Assembly (NCBI GenBank): GCA_965217585.1
Contig: OZ244561.1
Coordinates: forward strand, 5,504,001-5,568,000
DNA: 64,000 nucleotides
Direction of reading: 5' to 3'
Source of the DNA: Candidatus Latescibacterota bacterium
GTDB lineage: Bacteria > Latescibacterota > UBA2968 > UBA8231
Within the stretch, counting starts at the first letter, position 1. The number at the start of each line of letters is the position of its first letter. The translations under genes and the position numbers were made by a program. Under the pieces are notes generated by a model, which saw nothing but the letters and a program-made list of their open reading frames with translations, had not been told where the DNA came from and ran no database searches. Of this stretch, positions 48,253-57,638 are shown piece after piece.

Positions 48253-49746
48253 TCAGTACACCATCTCCCGGTAGCTCTGTGCAATCTTCTCGATCGCCAC
48301 GACGTACGCCGCGGTGCGCAGGTCGCGCACCTTGTCATGACTCAAAAACACCTCGCGCAGCTCGTTGTACGCCTGCCGCATGGTGTCGTCCAGGCCGGAT
48401 CGCACCAGGTCCAGCTCGTCGGCTCCGCGCACCAGATCGTGCCGCTGGGTTTCGGGAAGGGGTTTGCCGACCGCAGTCTCGATGGCCTCGACGATGCGCT
48501 GCCCGCGCAGCTCGTCGATACGCCGGTCCATGCGGCCGAAGCGAATGTGGGACAGGTTCTTGATCCATTCGAAGTAGGAGACTGCCACGCCCCCTGCGTT
48601 CAGGTAAGCGTCCGGAATCACCACTTTGCCGCGGTCGCGCAGGATTTTGTCCGCCTCGAAAGTGATCGGACCGTTGGCGGCCTCGGCGATCAGCGATGCC
48701 TGGATGCGCTCGGCGTTTTCGGTGGTGATCACCGACTCAGTGGCCGCGGGGATCAGGATGTCGCAGTCTGCTTCCAGCAAAAAACTGCCGTCCTCCACGA
48801 ACTCGGAGTCCCGAAAGCCCTGGCCGCCGCCCTTTTCGCGGCGATAGGTGGCGAGCTCCTCGATGTCTAGCCCATCCTCACACACCACGGCCCCCTCGCG
48901 CTCGATCAGGGCAACCACCCTGACGCCATCCTCTTCGGACAGGAACTTCGCGGCGTGGTACCCGACGTTGCCCAGGCCCTGGATGATTACGCGCTTGCCC
49001 TCCAGATCTCCATCCATCCCGGCCCTCTGCACATCTTCGGGATGGCGGAAGAATTCCCTGAGGGCGTACTGCACCCCGCGCCCCGTCGCCTCGGTACGGC
49101 CGCGGATTCCGCTCATGTGCACGGGTTTGCCGGTGACACAGGCGACGGCGTTGATGTCGTTGGGATACAGGGCGCGGTAGGCATCCGCGATCCACCCCAT
49201 CTCGCGCGGGCCCGTGCCCATGTCGGGAGCCGGTACGTTGAGGCTGGGGCTGATGTAGCCCTTCTTCGCCAGCTCCATCGTGAAATTACGAGTGATCAGC
49301 TCGAGTTCGGCGGCGTCGTAGTCGCGCGGATCGATCTGCAGGGCACCCTTAGAGCCCCCGTACGGGACGTCGACGATGGCGCACTTGTAGGTCATCAGGG
49401 CGGCCAGGGCCTCGACCTCGTCCTGGTCGGCGATCGGCGCATAGCGGATGCCGCCTTTCACCGGCAGGTAGTGCTCGCTGTGGACGGCGCGCCAGCCGGT
49501 GAAGACCCGGAATTCGCCCCGTATGTGAACGGGGAAGCTGACCTGGAACACGGAGTTGCAGGTCCTGATCTGGTTGGCGAGGCCCGGCTCGAGCTCCATC
49601 GTGGCGGCGGCCGCCTCGAACATCCGGTCGACGCTGCCCTTGAACGAATTCCTTAGCTCTTTCAAACCGGACCTCGCAGAACCTCTTTTTTGTACATGCT
49701 CTTCAACCCCTATTCTTCGATGATGGCCAGAGTTCGGTTTCTCCAT
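48253..49746 (-). CDS. gdhA: Glu/Leu/Phe/Val dehydrogenase (glutamate dehydrogenase)
   Basis: KGGIRY, MTYKCA, GGSKG, VPAPDMGT, GRTEATGRG, QGLGNVG, EAANGP, NAGGV; start uncertain. Confidence 0.9.
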   Translation of the reverse strand: MEKPNSGHHRRIGVEEHVQKRGSARSGLKELRNSFKGSVDRMFEAAAATMELEPGLANQIRTCNSVFQVSFPVHIRGEFRVFTGWRAVHSEHYLPVKGGIRYAPIADQDEVEALAALMTYKCAIVDVPYGGSKGALQIDPRDYDAAELELITRNFTMELAKKGYISPSLNVPAPDMGTGPREMGWIADAYRALYPNDINAVACVTGKPVHMSGIRGRTEATGRGVQYALREFFRHPEDVQRAGMDGDLEGKRVIIQGLGNVGYHAAKFLSEEDGVRVVALIEREGAVVCEDGLDIEELATYRREKGGGQGFRDSEFVEDGSFLLEADCDILIPAATESVITTENAERIQASLIAEAANGPITFEADKILRDRGKVVIPDAYLNAGGVAVSYFEWIKNLSHIRFGRMDRRIDELRGQRIVEAIETAVGKPLPETQRHDLVRGADELDLVRSGLDDTMRQAYNELREVFLSHDKVRDLRTAAYVVAIEKIAQSYREMVY

Positions 49747-49767
49747 GCCGCGTAATATATGGCTATC

Positions 49768-49838
49768 GCGCCGCGAACAGTTCGTCGATTTCGGCCTCAA
49801 GTAAGAAAAAGGCGATGCTGGCGCGCGCACAAGCGGCT
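49768..49838 (-). repeat. Displaced partial copy B of aminotransferase 3' end
   Basis: gcgccgcgaacagttcgtcgatttcggcctcaagtaagaaaaaggcgatgctggcgcgc aligns with about 51760-51820. Confidence 0.85.
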
Positions 49839-49840
49839 GA

Positions 49841-51141
49841 TTACTCAATCAAGACCGGCTCACTCGCATTGACAAACAGCACGTCGTTCGCCCCGTTATA
49901 GCACCGGAGCGTTTGCTCCACCTCGCCCGATTTGATTTCGTCATCGGTCAGGCCCGCGATGACCAGATCGGCCTTAGAGGATCGGAGCGATACCTCAAAT
50001 TCGAGAGCTTCACTGGTCGTGCAAGGAACCGACGTCACATTCTGCTTAGAGATCGGCAATCGTCCCTCCATCATCAAATTGGAGAGCTTCTGCGTTTCGC
50101 GTTCTGCGTCTCCAGAGTCGAGGCATGCGAAGAGCCGAATCTCGTCTGGAGCGTCTGCGCCAGCGCCATCTGGAACGAAGGACAAATCAGGGAATCCACG
50201 AAAATGCCCGCCCCGCTGACCTCGGTCCGCTCGATCAGTCTGCCCACATGGAGGCGGGCCTCGATCTCTTCAGTGAACGAGTATTCTCCCTGAAAAAACT
50301 GAATGAAGTGCCCAAACCCATGCCGGTGGCTGATCCAGCGCAGCAGGTCGAAGTGCCCCAGCCGGCGTTCGCCGAAACGGGTCACCGCGATAATCGAGGG
50401 CCGCCAGCCCCCTTCCGATTTCACCGCGCGGCTCTTCTGCAGCGTGATCTGCAGACGGCGAGTCAATTGGAACATCGTCCCTTGGAAAATCGCCGTCAGG
50501 TCGCGCTCGCCCCGCCGCGAGCGTCGCAGTCCGAAGTAAGTCGCTACCATGAGAGAGATCGCTACAAGCGCGTATAGCGCGTTCATTTGGATCATCATCA
50601 GGCCACACATTACTGCGCCTAGCAGCGATAGGTACCAGCGCGAATGGAAGGTAGGGCGGTACGACGGATTGCCAGCGAAATATTCTAGGAATGATACCGA
50701 GCAAAGGGCACCATAAGTCACCATGAAGAACATGCTGAGAATATGGGCGATAAAGTCAATGTCTCCCAAAACAACGAATGCGATGGCGATGGCACTCGAC
50801 ACGCAGGTCGCAGACACCGGCTCCTGTGCCCGGCCCCAACCTTTCGCCAGCAGGCGATTCAGTTTTGGAACGGGCAGCACGTTGTCGCGCGCTAGCGCTT
50901 GCAGAGTTCTGGGAGCGACGAGGATCGAACCAAGAATGGTCACGAGATGCCCGATAACGATGATCATGAGGCTGCCCCAAAGGCCGACATGCGCAACCGC
51001 GTATCCGAATCGCAGGAAGAGGATCGCTCCGAGGATCGTGCTGATTGACGCGAGAAAAACAGGCGCGGTGCCAAAGCCGTGCCCCACTTGGGAAGATTCA
51101 GATGGGCTACCTGTAGCCGGTCCAGTTTGTTGTGATGTCAA
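49841..51141 (-). pseudogene. Amino acid permease (APC/SLC12-like), two internal deletions
   Basis: FGTAPVFLASISTILGAILFLRFG N-terminus is fused directly to SILVAPRTLQALARD (junction about 50935); frame break near 50150; C-terminal remnant to 49841. Confidence 0.75.
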
Positions 51142-51146
51142 CGGGC

Positions 51147-51258
51147 CTTGCTCCTTTGCTTGGCCAAGCTGTTCAGCGCTGCGCGCAGTTCGTCGATTTC
51201 GGATTCCAGTAAGAAAAAAGCGATGCTGGCGCGCAAGCCCTCGCGCCCGCGCGGCAGC
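51147..51258 (-). repeat. Displaced copy A of aminotransferase 3' end
   Basis: Translates LPRGREGLRASIAFFLLESEIDELRAALNSLAKQRSK versus the gene's LPHGREGLRASIVFFLLESEIDELLAALGSLAKQRS*. Confidence 0.92.
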
Positions 51259-51290
51259 CTTTTGAGCACGGCCAATTCCATGTTGTGAAT

Positions 51291-51379
51291 TTGACAATCA
51301 CCAGATTGTATATACATTTAAATAGTATTAATTGGCGACAGAAGAGAGGCCCACAACTATGTCAAAAGTCAAGCGTGAC
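51291..51379 (+). pseudogene. brnTA promoter/operator and collapsed brnT toxin remnant
   Basis: TTGACA at 51291, palindrome TGTATATACA at 51307-51316; residual frame [13 protein letters not shown] overlaps the brnA ATG. Confidence 0.55.
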
Positions 51380-51676
51380 ATCGTCCTCCCGACCCCAGAG
51401 GAAGACGCTGCCATCCGCGCTGGCATCGCCGCCGATCCAGACACGCGAGAACTCACCGCCGAAGAGATTGCTCGTATGCGCCCGGCAAGTGAGGTCGTCC
51501 CTCATATCGTCGAACGCTATCAGCTCACCCGCGGCAAACAGAAAGCCCCGACTAAAAAGCACATATCGATTCGTCTTGACGCCGACCTTGCGGAGCATTT
51601 CCGCAACAGTGGTCCAGGCTGGCAGACGCGGTTGAACGACACGCTGCGGCGCGCGGTTTTTGGCGATGCGGAATGA
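51359..51676 (+). CDS. BrnA antitoxin family protein
   Basis: PTPEEDAAI...[38 protein letters not shown]. Confidence 0.9.
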   Translation: MSKVKRDIVLPTPEEDAAIRAGIAADPDTRELTAEEIARMRPASEVVPHIVERYQLTRGKQKAPTKKHISIRLDADLAEHFRNSGPGWQTRLNDTLRRAVFGDAE

Positions 51677-51730
51677 GCGGCTGGATTGCAGGAGATTGGT
51701 GCGTCGGCGTTGAGCGGGCGACCTTCACTC

Positions 51731-52900
51731 CTAGCTCCTTTGCTTTGCCAAACTGCCCAGCGCCGCGAGCAACTCGTCGATTTCGGATTCGAGTAGGAAA
51801 AAGACAATGCTGGCGCGCAAGCCTTCGCGCCCGTGCGGCAGCGGCTTGATCACCATGTTCCACTCTTCTCGCAGGGCTTGACTCAATTCCTCCCCCTTCC
51901 ATCCTGCCAACCCAAAGCTGACCAGCGCCGCAGACCGCTGCGGAGAGCGCGGAGTGTAGAGCACTGCGCCCGGGATCTGCGCCAGTCCCTCCTTCAGCCG
52001 CCCAGCCAACGCCCCCGTCCGCGCCCAAATCGCCTCCAGCCCGATGGCCGACAGATACTCAACGGCAAAGGCCCAAGCCAGCACCAGCGGCCAACACCAA
52101 GGGCCGTACTGAAAGCGCTCGGCTGTCTCGTGTAGCGCGAAGGTATCCGCCACCGGGTCCAGCCACTGTTCGGCCCGCCCGCCGGCATAGCGCACCTGCA
52201 CCGCGTCGAGGGCCTCCTGCCGCACGTAAAGCAAGCCCGCGGCATACGGTGCGTACATCCACTTATAGGAGAGCAAACCGGCAAAATCGCACCCCAGCGC
52301 GTGCAAGTCCAAAGGGTACAGCCCCGCCGAATGCGCCAGATCCACAAAGCTGCGCACCCCCCGCGTCCGCGCTGCCGCGCAAATCCGCTCCACCGGCAGG
52401 CGGTATCCCAAATCCGTCGTCACATGGCTCAGGGCCACCAGCTTGGTCCGCTCCCCCAGCCGCTCCTCCACGGCCTGCACCTGCCCATCGTCGTCGTCAA
52501 TCAGCGGCACCTTTATCACCTCGACCCCGTACAAATCCCGCAAGTGCAGAGCCGGCAAAAGCAACGCCGCTTCCTCATCCGCGCTGATCACAATCTCGTC
52601 CCCAGCCGCCCACTCCATCCCCCGCACCACCGTCTGAAATCCCTCGCTGACTCCCCGCATCAGAGCCAATTCCCCAGCCTCCACGCCGAAAAACTGCGCC
52701 AGCCGCTCCATCGCCGCCTTGCGCCGAGGATACTCTTCCTCTGGATAGACGATGTGCAAAGGCCCCCGCCGCACCATCTCTTCCGTCCACCGCGTGTACT
52801 CAGCAGCCACCGGCACCGGCGTAATACTCACTCCCCCATTCTGGAACCAAGTGTACTGCTCCAGCGCGGGAAAATCGCGGCGAATCGCTTGGACATCCAT
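51731..52900 (-). CDS. Class V PLP-dependent aminotransferase / cysteine desulfurase-like enzyme
   Basis: IRRDFPAL, LVALSHV, FVDLAHSAG, SYKWMYAP, LRASI. Confidence 0.88.
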   Translation of the reverse strand: MDVQAIRRDFPALEQYTWFQNGGVSITPVPVAAEYTRWTEEMVRRGPLHIVYPEEEYPRRKAAMERLAQFFGVEAGELALMRGVSEGFQTVVRGMEWAAGDEIVISADEEAALLLPALHLRDLYGVEVIKVPLIDDDDGQVQAVEERLGERTKLVALSHVTTDLGYRLPVERICAAARTRGVRSFVDLAHSAGLYPLDLHALGCDFAGLLSYKWMYAPYAAGLLYVRQEALDAVQVRYAGGRAEQWLDPVADTFALHETAERFQYGPWCWPLVLAWAFAVEYLSAIGLEAIWARTGALAGRLKEGLAQIPGAVLYTPRSPQRSAALVSFGLAGWKGEELSQALREEWNMVIKPLPHGREGLRASIVFFLLESEIDELLAALGSLAKQRS

Positions 52901-52905
52901 TGCAT

Positions 52906-54084
52906 TTAATCCGGGGATACGACGCCGCAATAGTCAGCCGCGGCCAGCGCGTACACTTGCGCCGCCTTCTCCAGCCGATCCACCTCCACCCACTCCACAT
53001 CCGCGTGTGCCGTCTCGTTCGAGGGGCCGTAGTAAAAGGTCGGCAACCCCGTCCCATGCACGTATAAATTGGCGTCCCCCACAATCCGCATCCCTACCAG
53101 CTCTGCCTCTCGCCCGGTCACTTGCTCGTGCGCCCGTCCCACCGCTTGCACGACCCCATCGTCGGCGGACGTCTCAAACGGCTCGCGCTCGTGCTCCATT
53201 TTGACCCGCAGGCCCAACCCCCCAGCCTCAGCTAACGGCCGCGCCAAGGCTTCCAACTCCGCTAGTACCTGCGGCGCAACGCGCCCGGGCAACCAGCGCC
53301 GGGTCCCCGTCAGCGTGCAGCAAAGCGGCGTGCGATTGAAATAGTCGCCCCCGGCAACCATGCCTAAGTCGATTCGCTCGGCACCGGCCAAGGCATGTGC
53401 CGGCCCTGCGTCGAGCTCGAGTTGATACTGGTGGATCCGCTCGATGAGCGCGCCCACAAAGCGGAGTGGATTTTCCGCAAAGGGTACGTACTGGGTGTGC
53501 TTGCCGCCAGCGGCCGATTCGAGCGCGATGGTAAAGACCATAGACCCCATGCTCATCACCCACAGCGCGTCGCGGCCCTCGACAATCAAGATCCGGTCGC
53601 CGCCAATCCGGCCGCTGTTGCGATCGGCAATCAGCGCCAGCGGCCCGTCCTTTTGCGCCTCGACCTCTTCGTGCCCCACAATCGCCGTCAGCCACAAGTC
53701 GCCCTGCAACTCTACTCCGCTTGCCAAGAGCGCCTTGACTGCGCCCAACGCCGCGGCCATTCCTCCCTTCATGTCGGTCGCCCCTCGTCCGTACACGCGG
53801 TTGCCCTCGCGGCGGGCGGGTGGGCAGGCCCCCACGGGAATGGTGTCGAGATGGCCATTGAGCATCAGCGTGGGGCCATCCCCTCGGCCCGCGATGCGCG
53901 CGTAGAGGTTATTGCGTCCCGGAGTCACCTCCCGCACATCGACCTCTAAGCCGATCTCGCGCATCATGGCTTCATAGGCGTGGCATACTTCGGCTTCGGC
54001 CATGGTTACGCTGTAAATATCGACCAATTCCCGGGTCCGCTCGACCACCCATTCTCGGTCGATAGCTGCGATTAATTTTTCCAT
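52906..54084 (-). CDS. M20 family metallopeptidase/deacylase (ArgE/DapE-like)
   Basis: LNGHLDTIP, YGRGATDMKGG, GHEE, GP...AHADVE. Confidence 0.9.
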   Translation of the reverse strand: MEKLIAAIDREWVVERTRELVDIYSVTMAEAEVCHAYEAMMREIGLEVDVREVTPGRNNLYARIAGRGDGPTLMLNGHLDTIPVGACPPARREGNRVYGRGATDMKGGMAAALGAVKALLASGVELQGDLWLTAIVGHEEVEAQKDGPLALIADRNSGRIGGDRILIVEGRDALWVMSMGSMVFTIALESAAGGKHTQYVPFAENPLRFVGALIERIHQYQLELDAGPAHALAGAERIDLGMVAGGDYFNRTPLCCTLTGTRRWLPGRVAPQVLAELEALARPLAEAGGLGLRVKMEHEREPFETSADDGVVQAVGRAHEQVTGREAELVGMRIVGDANLYVHGTGLPTFYYGPSNETAHADVEWVEVDRLEKAAQVYALAAADYCGVVSPD

Positions 54085-54241
54085 TTTTGTTGATCCATCC
54101 TCTCTCTCGTGCTCTCGTCTAGCCGAGACGCCTCGTTTGCACTGCCGGTATTAGGGGCCTTCTTTAGGCCATAATATATATCGACTATCGCAGCCAACAA
54201 TTAGCCTTCATTTGGCACCCTGAATACGCAACTAAATCGCC

Positions 54242-57200
54242 ATGATGACCAAAACGACGACGCGACTGACGACAGCGGTTGAAACCTATCTCGCCGACCT
54301 GCAACGAATCCGTGCCTCCGGCGGCGCGACTGGCGAGCGATCGAGCTATGGACCGCTCGCCAACCTGCTGAATGCTATCGGCGCAACGCTCAAGCCCAAG
54401 GTGTTTTGCGTTGGCGAGTTGGCCGATCAGGGAGCGGGGCATCCCGACTTTGGACTTTATGCAGCAAAGCAGGTGCAGAAGGGGCAACCGAAACAGGGGC
54501 AGGTGCCCGAAGGCGGCGTGGTCGAGGCGAAGGCGGCTGACGATGACGCTTGGCTGACGGCGGCGGGCGATCAGGTCAGCCGCTATTGGGACCATTATCG
54601 GCTGGTGCTGGTGACCAATACGCGCGACTTCGTGCTAATGGGTGAGGATGTGGCAGGGCGACCGGCTAAGCTCGAAACGTTTCGGCTGGCGACAAGCGCG
54701 GCGGAGTTCGCGCAACGGTTGGAGAGTCCGCGTGCCTTTGCCGGTGAGGTCAGCGCGGGTCTAGGGGAATATCTGTGCCGAGCGTTGTCGCATCGGGCGC
54801 GGCTGGCCGAGCCGAAGGACTTGGCTTGGCTGTTGGCGTCTCATGCCCGCGATGCGCTAGCGCGGGTCGAAGCCGCGGGCGATGCGCCGTCGTTGGCAGC
54901 GGTACGGGCGGCACTGGAAGAGGCGCTGGGCGTCCGCTTTGAGGGCGAACGGGGGGCGCGGTTTTTCCGTTCGACGCTGGTGCAGACGCTGTTCTACGGG
55001 GTGTTTTCCGCTTGGGTGCTGTGGGCGCGGCAAACACCGCCGCCCGTAAAAGCGTTCAATTGGCGCGAAGCGGTTTGGTATTTGCGGGCACCAGTGCTAC
55101 GGGCACTGTTCCAACAAATCTCCGATCCCGGTCGGCTGCAACCGCTCGGCCTCGTCGAGGTGCTGGACTGGACGTCTGCTGCGCTCGACCGGGTGGATTG
55201 CGACGCCTTTTTTGCCCGCTTCAACGAGGGCGAGGCCGTAACCTATTTCTACGAGCCGTTCCTCGAAGCCTTTGATCCCGATTTACGCAAGCAGTTGGGC
55301 GTTTGGTACACGCCAGCCGAAGTGGTGCGTTACATGGTTGCCCGGGTCGATAAGGCGCTGCGGGATGATCTCGGCATTGCCGACGGGCTAGCCGCGGAAA
55401 ACGTCTATGTGCTCGATCCGTGCTGCGGCACTGGGGCGTATCTGGCGGAAGTGCTGCGCCGCATTGCCGCCAATCTGGAAAGTCAGGGGTTGGGTGCGCT
55501 CACTGGCGCACGGGTCAAGCAGGCGGCGACCGAGCGCGTATTCGGCTTTGAGATTATGCCTGCACCTTTTGTCGTCGCCCATCTACAAGTTGGGTTGACC
55601 ATGCAGGCGCTCGACGCGGCGCTGGCCGATGACGGGCAGGAACGCGCCCAAGTGTTCCTCACCAATGCGCTGACCGGCTGGGAGCCGCGCCCGACCAAGC
55701 CGCTGCCGTTCCCCGAACTGGAGGAAGAACGCGACCGTGCCGAGCGGGTGAAGCAGGAGACGCCGATTCTGGTGATCTTGGGCAATCCACCTTATAACGG
55801 TTTTGCTGGAATGGCGGTGGACGAGGAACGCGAGCTGTCGGAAGCCTACCGCATGACCAAGCGGGTGCGCCGACCTGAAGGCCAAGGGCTGAACGATCTC
55901 TATGTCCGCTTTTTCCGCATGGCTGAACGGCGCATTGCGAAGACGGGCCAAGGCGTGATGTGCTTCATTTCCAACTATTCTTGGCTCGACGGGCTGTCGT
56001 TTACGGGGATGAGGGAACGCTATCTGGAGGAGTTCAACGCGGTCCGTATTGACAACCTGCACGGCGACCGCATCATCTCGGAATATGCGCCTGATGGGCG
56101 GACCAGCGAAACAGTTTTTGCGCTTCAGGGACAATCGCCGGGCATCAAGGTTGGCACCAGCATCGCCTTGCTTTCCAAGTCGGGAATCGCCGCCGATACA
56201 TCGACAGGCGGACGTATTCTGTATCGTGATTTCCATCAGGCAAAAGCCGATGAAAGACGACAAGCGCTGTTGGACAGTCTCGACGCCACCGGAATCGATG
56301 CAGGCTATACAGCATTGAAACCCAATCTTCGCCTCGGCTTGCCATTCAAGCCAGCGGTCGTCAGCGAGGATTGGTTCGACTGGCCGGCGCTGCCCGATTT
56401 GTTTCCGGTGTCGTTTCCCGGCGTTCAGACTAAGCGTGACTCGTTCCTTATCGATGTCGATCTCGACCGACTCAAGGCGCGGGTCGCCGATTACTTCGAC
56501 GCGGCTTTGAGCCATGAAGACATCGCACGACGTTATCCGGGAGCGATGAAGAATTCGTCGGGATTCGTGGTACGTGAGGCCCGCTCGGTGCGCGACGCGC
56601 TACTCTCACGCGGTGGGCCGGTCGATACCGGCTTTGTTCGTCATGCCTACCGGCCGTTCGATAATCGCTGGCTCTATTGGGAAGCAGGGCACGGTCTGCT
56701 TGGTCGTCCAGTACCCGACTATAGGCCACATGTGTTCGTGGGGAATATGTGGTTATCCGCCTCCCAGCATCTTCGAAAAGGGGAGACGGAACCTCAGACC
56801 TGTTTCACACATCATCTTGGTTCGCTGCATATGATTGAGCGCACCGCCCTTTGGTTCCCCGCTTACCTCCTCGACGACGGCCTCGGAATCGGCGACAATG
56901 AAATACAACGCCGCCCCAATTTGTCCAGGGCCGCGCAACGCTATCTCCACCGTCTCGGCGCGAATGTAGAGGACCTCTTCCACCACGTCCTCGCCACCCT
57001 CCACGATCCCGCTTACCGCGAGGCCAACGCCGGGGCGCTCCGCATGGAATGGCCGCGCATTCCCCTGCCGGGCTGGCCCGACGGCGAAGCTGACGGCGCA
57101 GCCAAGACGCTCGCTGCATCGGCGGAGCGAGGCCGCGAACTGGCCCGCCTGCTCGACCCCGAAGCACCAATACCCGGCGTTACCCAAGGCACGTTGCGCC

Positions 57201-57622
57201 CAGAGATCGCCGCCATCGCCGTGCCCGCCACCACCGACAGCCGCAACATGACCGGCGACGATTTCGCGCTCACCGCCGGATGGGGCCATTACGGAACAGG
57301 CGACGCCGTAATGCCGGGCCAAGGCCGCATCGTCGAACGCGAATACATACCAGAGGAACGCGCCGCGCTGGGGGATGCCATATCCGCGCTGGGCGAAAAG
57401 ACGCTGGACGTGTATCTGAACGACCACGCCTTCTGGCGCAACGTCCCCGCCGCAATTTGGGACTACAAACTCGGCGGCTACCAAGTCCTCAAAAAATGGC
57501 TATCCTACCGCGAGCGCGATGTCTTGGGGCGGGCGCTGACGCCGGAGGAAGTGCTGTACTTTGCGGAGATAGCGAGGAGGGTTGGGGGGATGTTGCTGGC
57601 GAGTGTTCGGGATATTTCGTGA
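54242..57622 (+). CDS. Single-polypeptide restriction-modification enzyme (N6-adenine MTase with N-terminal PD-(D/E)xK nuclease and type ISP-like C-terminal specificity domain)
   Basis: HPDFG...VEAK, YEPFLEAFD...GVWYTP, LDPCCGTG, GNPPY, YKLGGYQVLKKWL; no helicase motifs. Confidence 0.85.
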   Translation: MMTKTTTRLTTAVETYLADLQRIRASGGATGERSSYGPLANLLNAIGATLKPKVFCVGELADQGAGHPDFGLYAAKQVQKGQPKQGQVPEGGVVEAKAADDDAWLTAAGDQVSRYWDHYRLVLVTNTRDFVLMGEDVAGRPAKLETFRLATSAAEFAQRLESPRAFAGEVSAGLGEYLCRALSHRARLAEPKDLAWLLASHARDALARVEAAGDAPSLAAVRAALEEALGVRFEGERGARFFRSTLVQTLFYGVFSAWVLWARQTPPPVKAFNWREAVWYLRAPVLRALFQQISDPGRLQPLGLVEVLDWTSAALDRVDCDAFFARFNEGEAVTYFYEPFLEAFDPDLRKQLGVWYTPAEVVRYMVARVDKALRDDLGIADGLAAENVYVLDPCCGTGAYLAEVLRRIAANLESQGLGALTGARVKQAATERVFGFEIMPAPFVVAHLQVGLTMQALDAALADDGQERAQVFLTNALTGWEPRPTKPLPFPELEEERDRAERVKQETPILVILGNPPYNGFAGMAVDEERELSEAYRMTKRVRRPEGQGLNDLYVRFFRMAERRIAKTGQGVMCFISNYSWLDGLSFTGMRERYLEEFNAVRIDNLHGDRIISEYAPDGRTSETVFALQGQSPGIKVGTSIALLSKSGIAADTSTGGRILYRDFHQAKADERRQALLDSLDATGIDAGYTALKPNLRLGLPFKPAVVSEDWFDWPALPDLFPVSFPGVQTKRDSFLIDVDLDRLKARVADYFDAALSHEDIARRYPGAMKNSSGFVVREARSVRDALLSRGGPVDTGFVRHAYRPFDNRWLYWEAGHGLLGRPVPDYRPHVFVGNMWLSASQHLRKGETEPQTCFTHHLGSLHMIERTALWFPAYLLDDGLGIGDNEIQRRPNLSRAAQRYLHRLGANVEDLFHHVLATLHDPAYREANAGALRMEWPRIPLPGWPDGEADGAAKTLAASAERGRELARLLDPEAPIPGVTQGTLRPEIAAIAVPATTDSRNMTGDDFALTAGWGHYGTGDAVMPGQGRIVEREYIPEERAALGDAISALGEKTLDVYLNDHAFWRNVPAAIWDYKLGGYQVLKKWLSYRERDVLGRALTPEEVLYFAEIARRVGGMLLASVRDIS

Positions 57623-57638
57623 GCCGTGGTCTATGTAG

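Noticed and set aside
54085-54241. Displaced 3' end of the M81 gene bounding the defence island
   Set aside because: No convincing similarity to 61977-62090 found by eye, so the stack model is not claimed for this island
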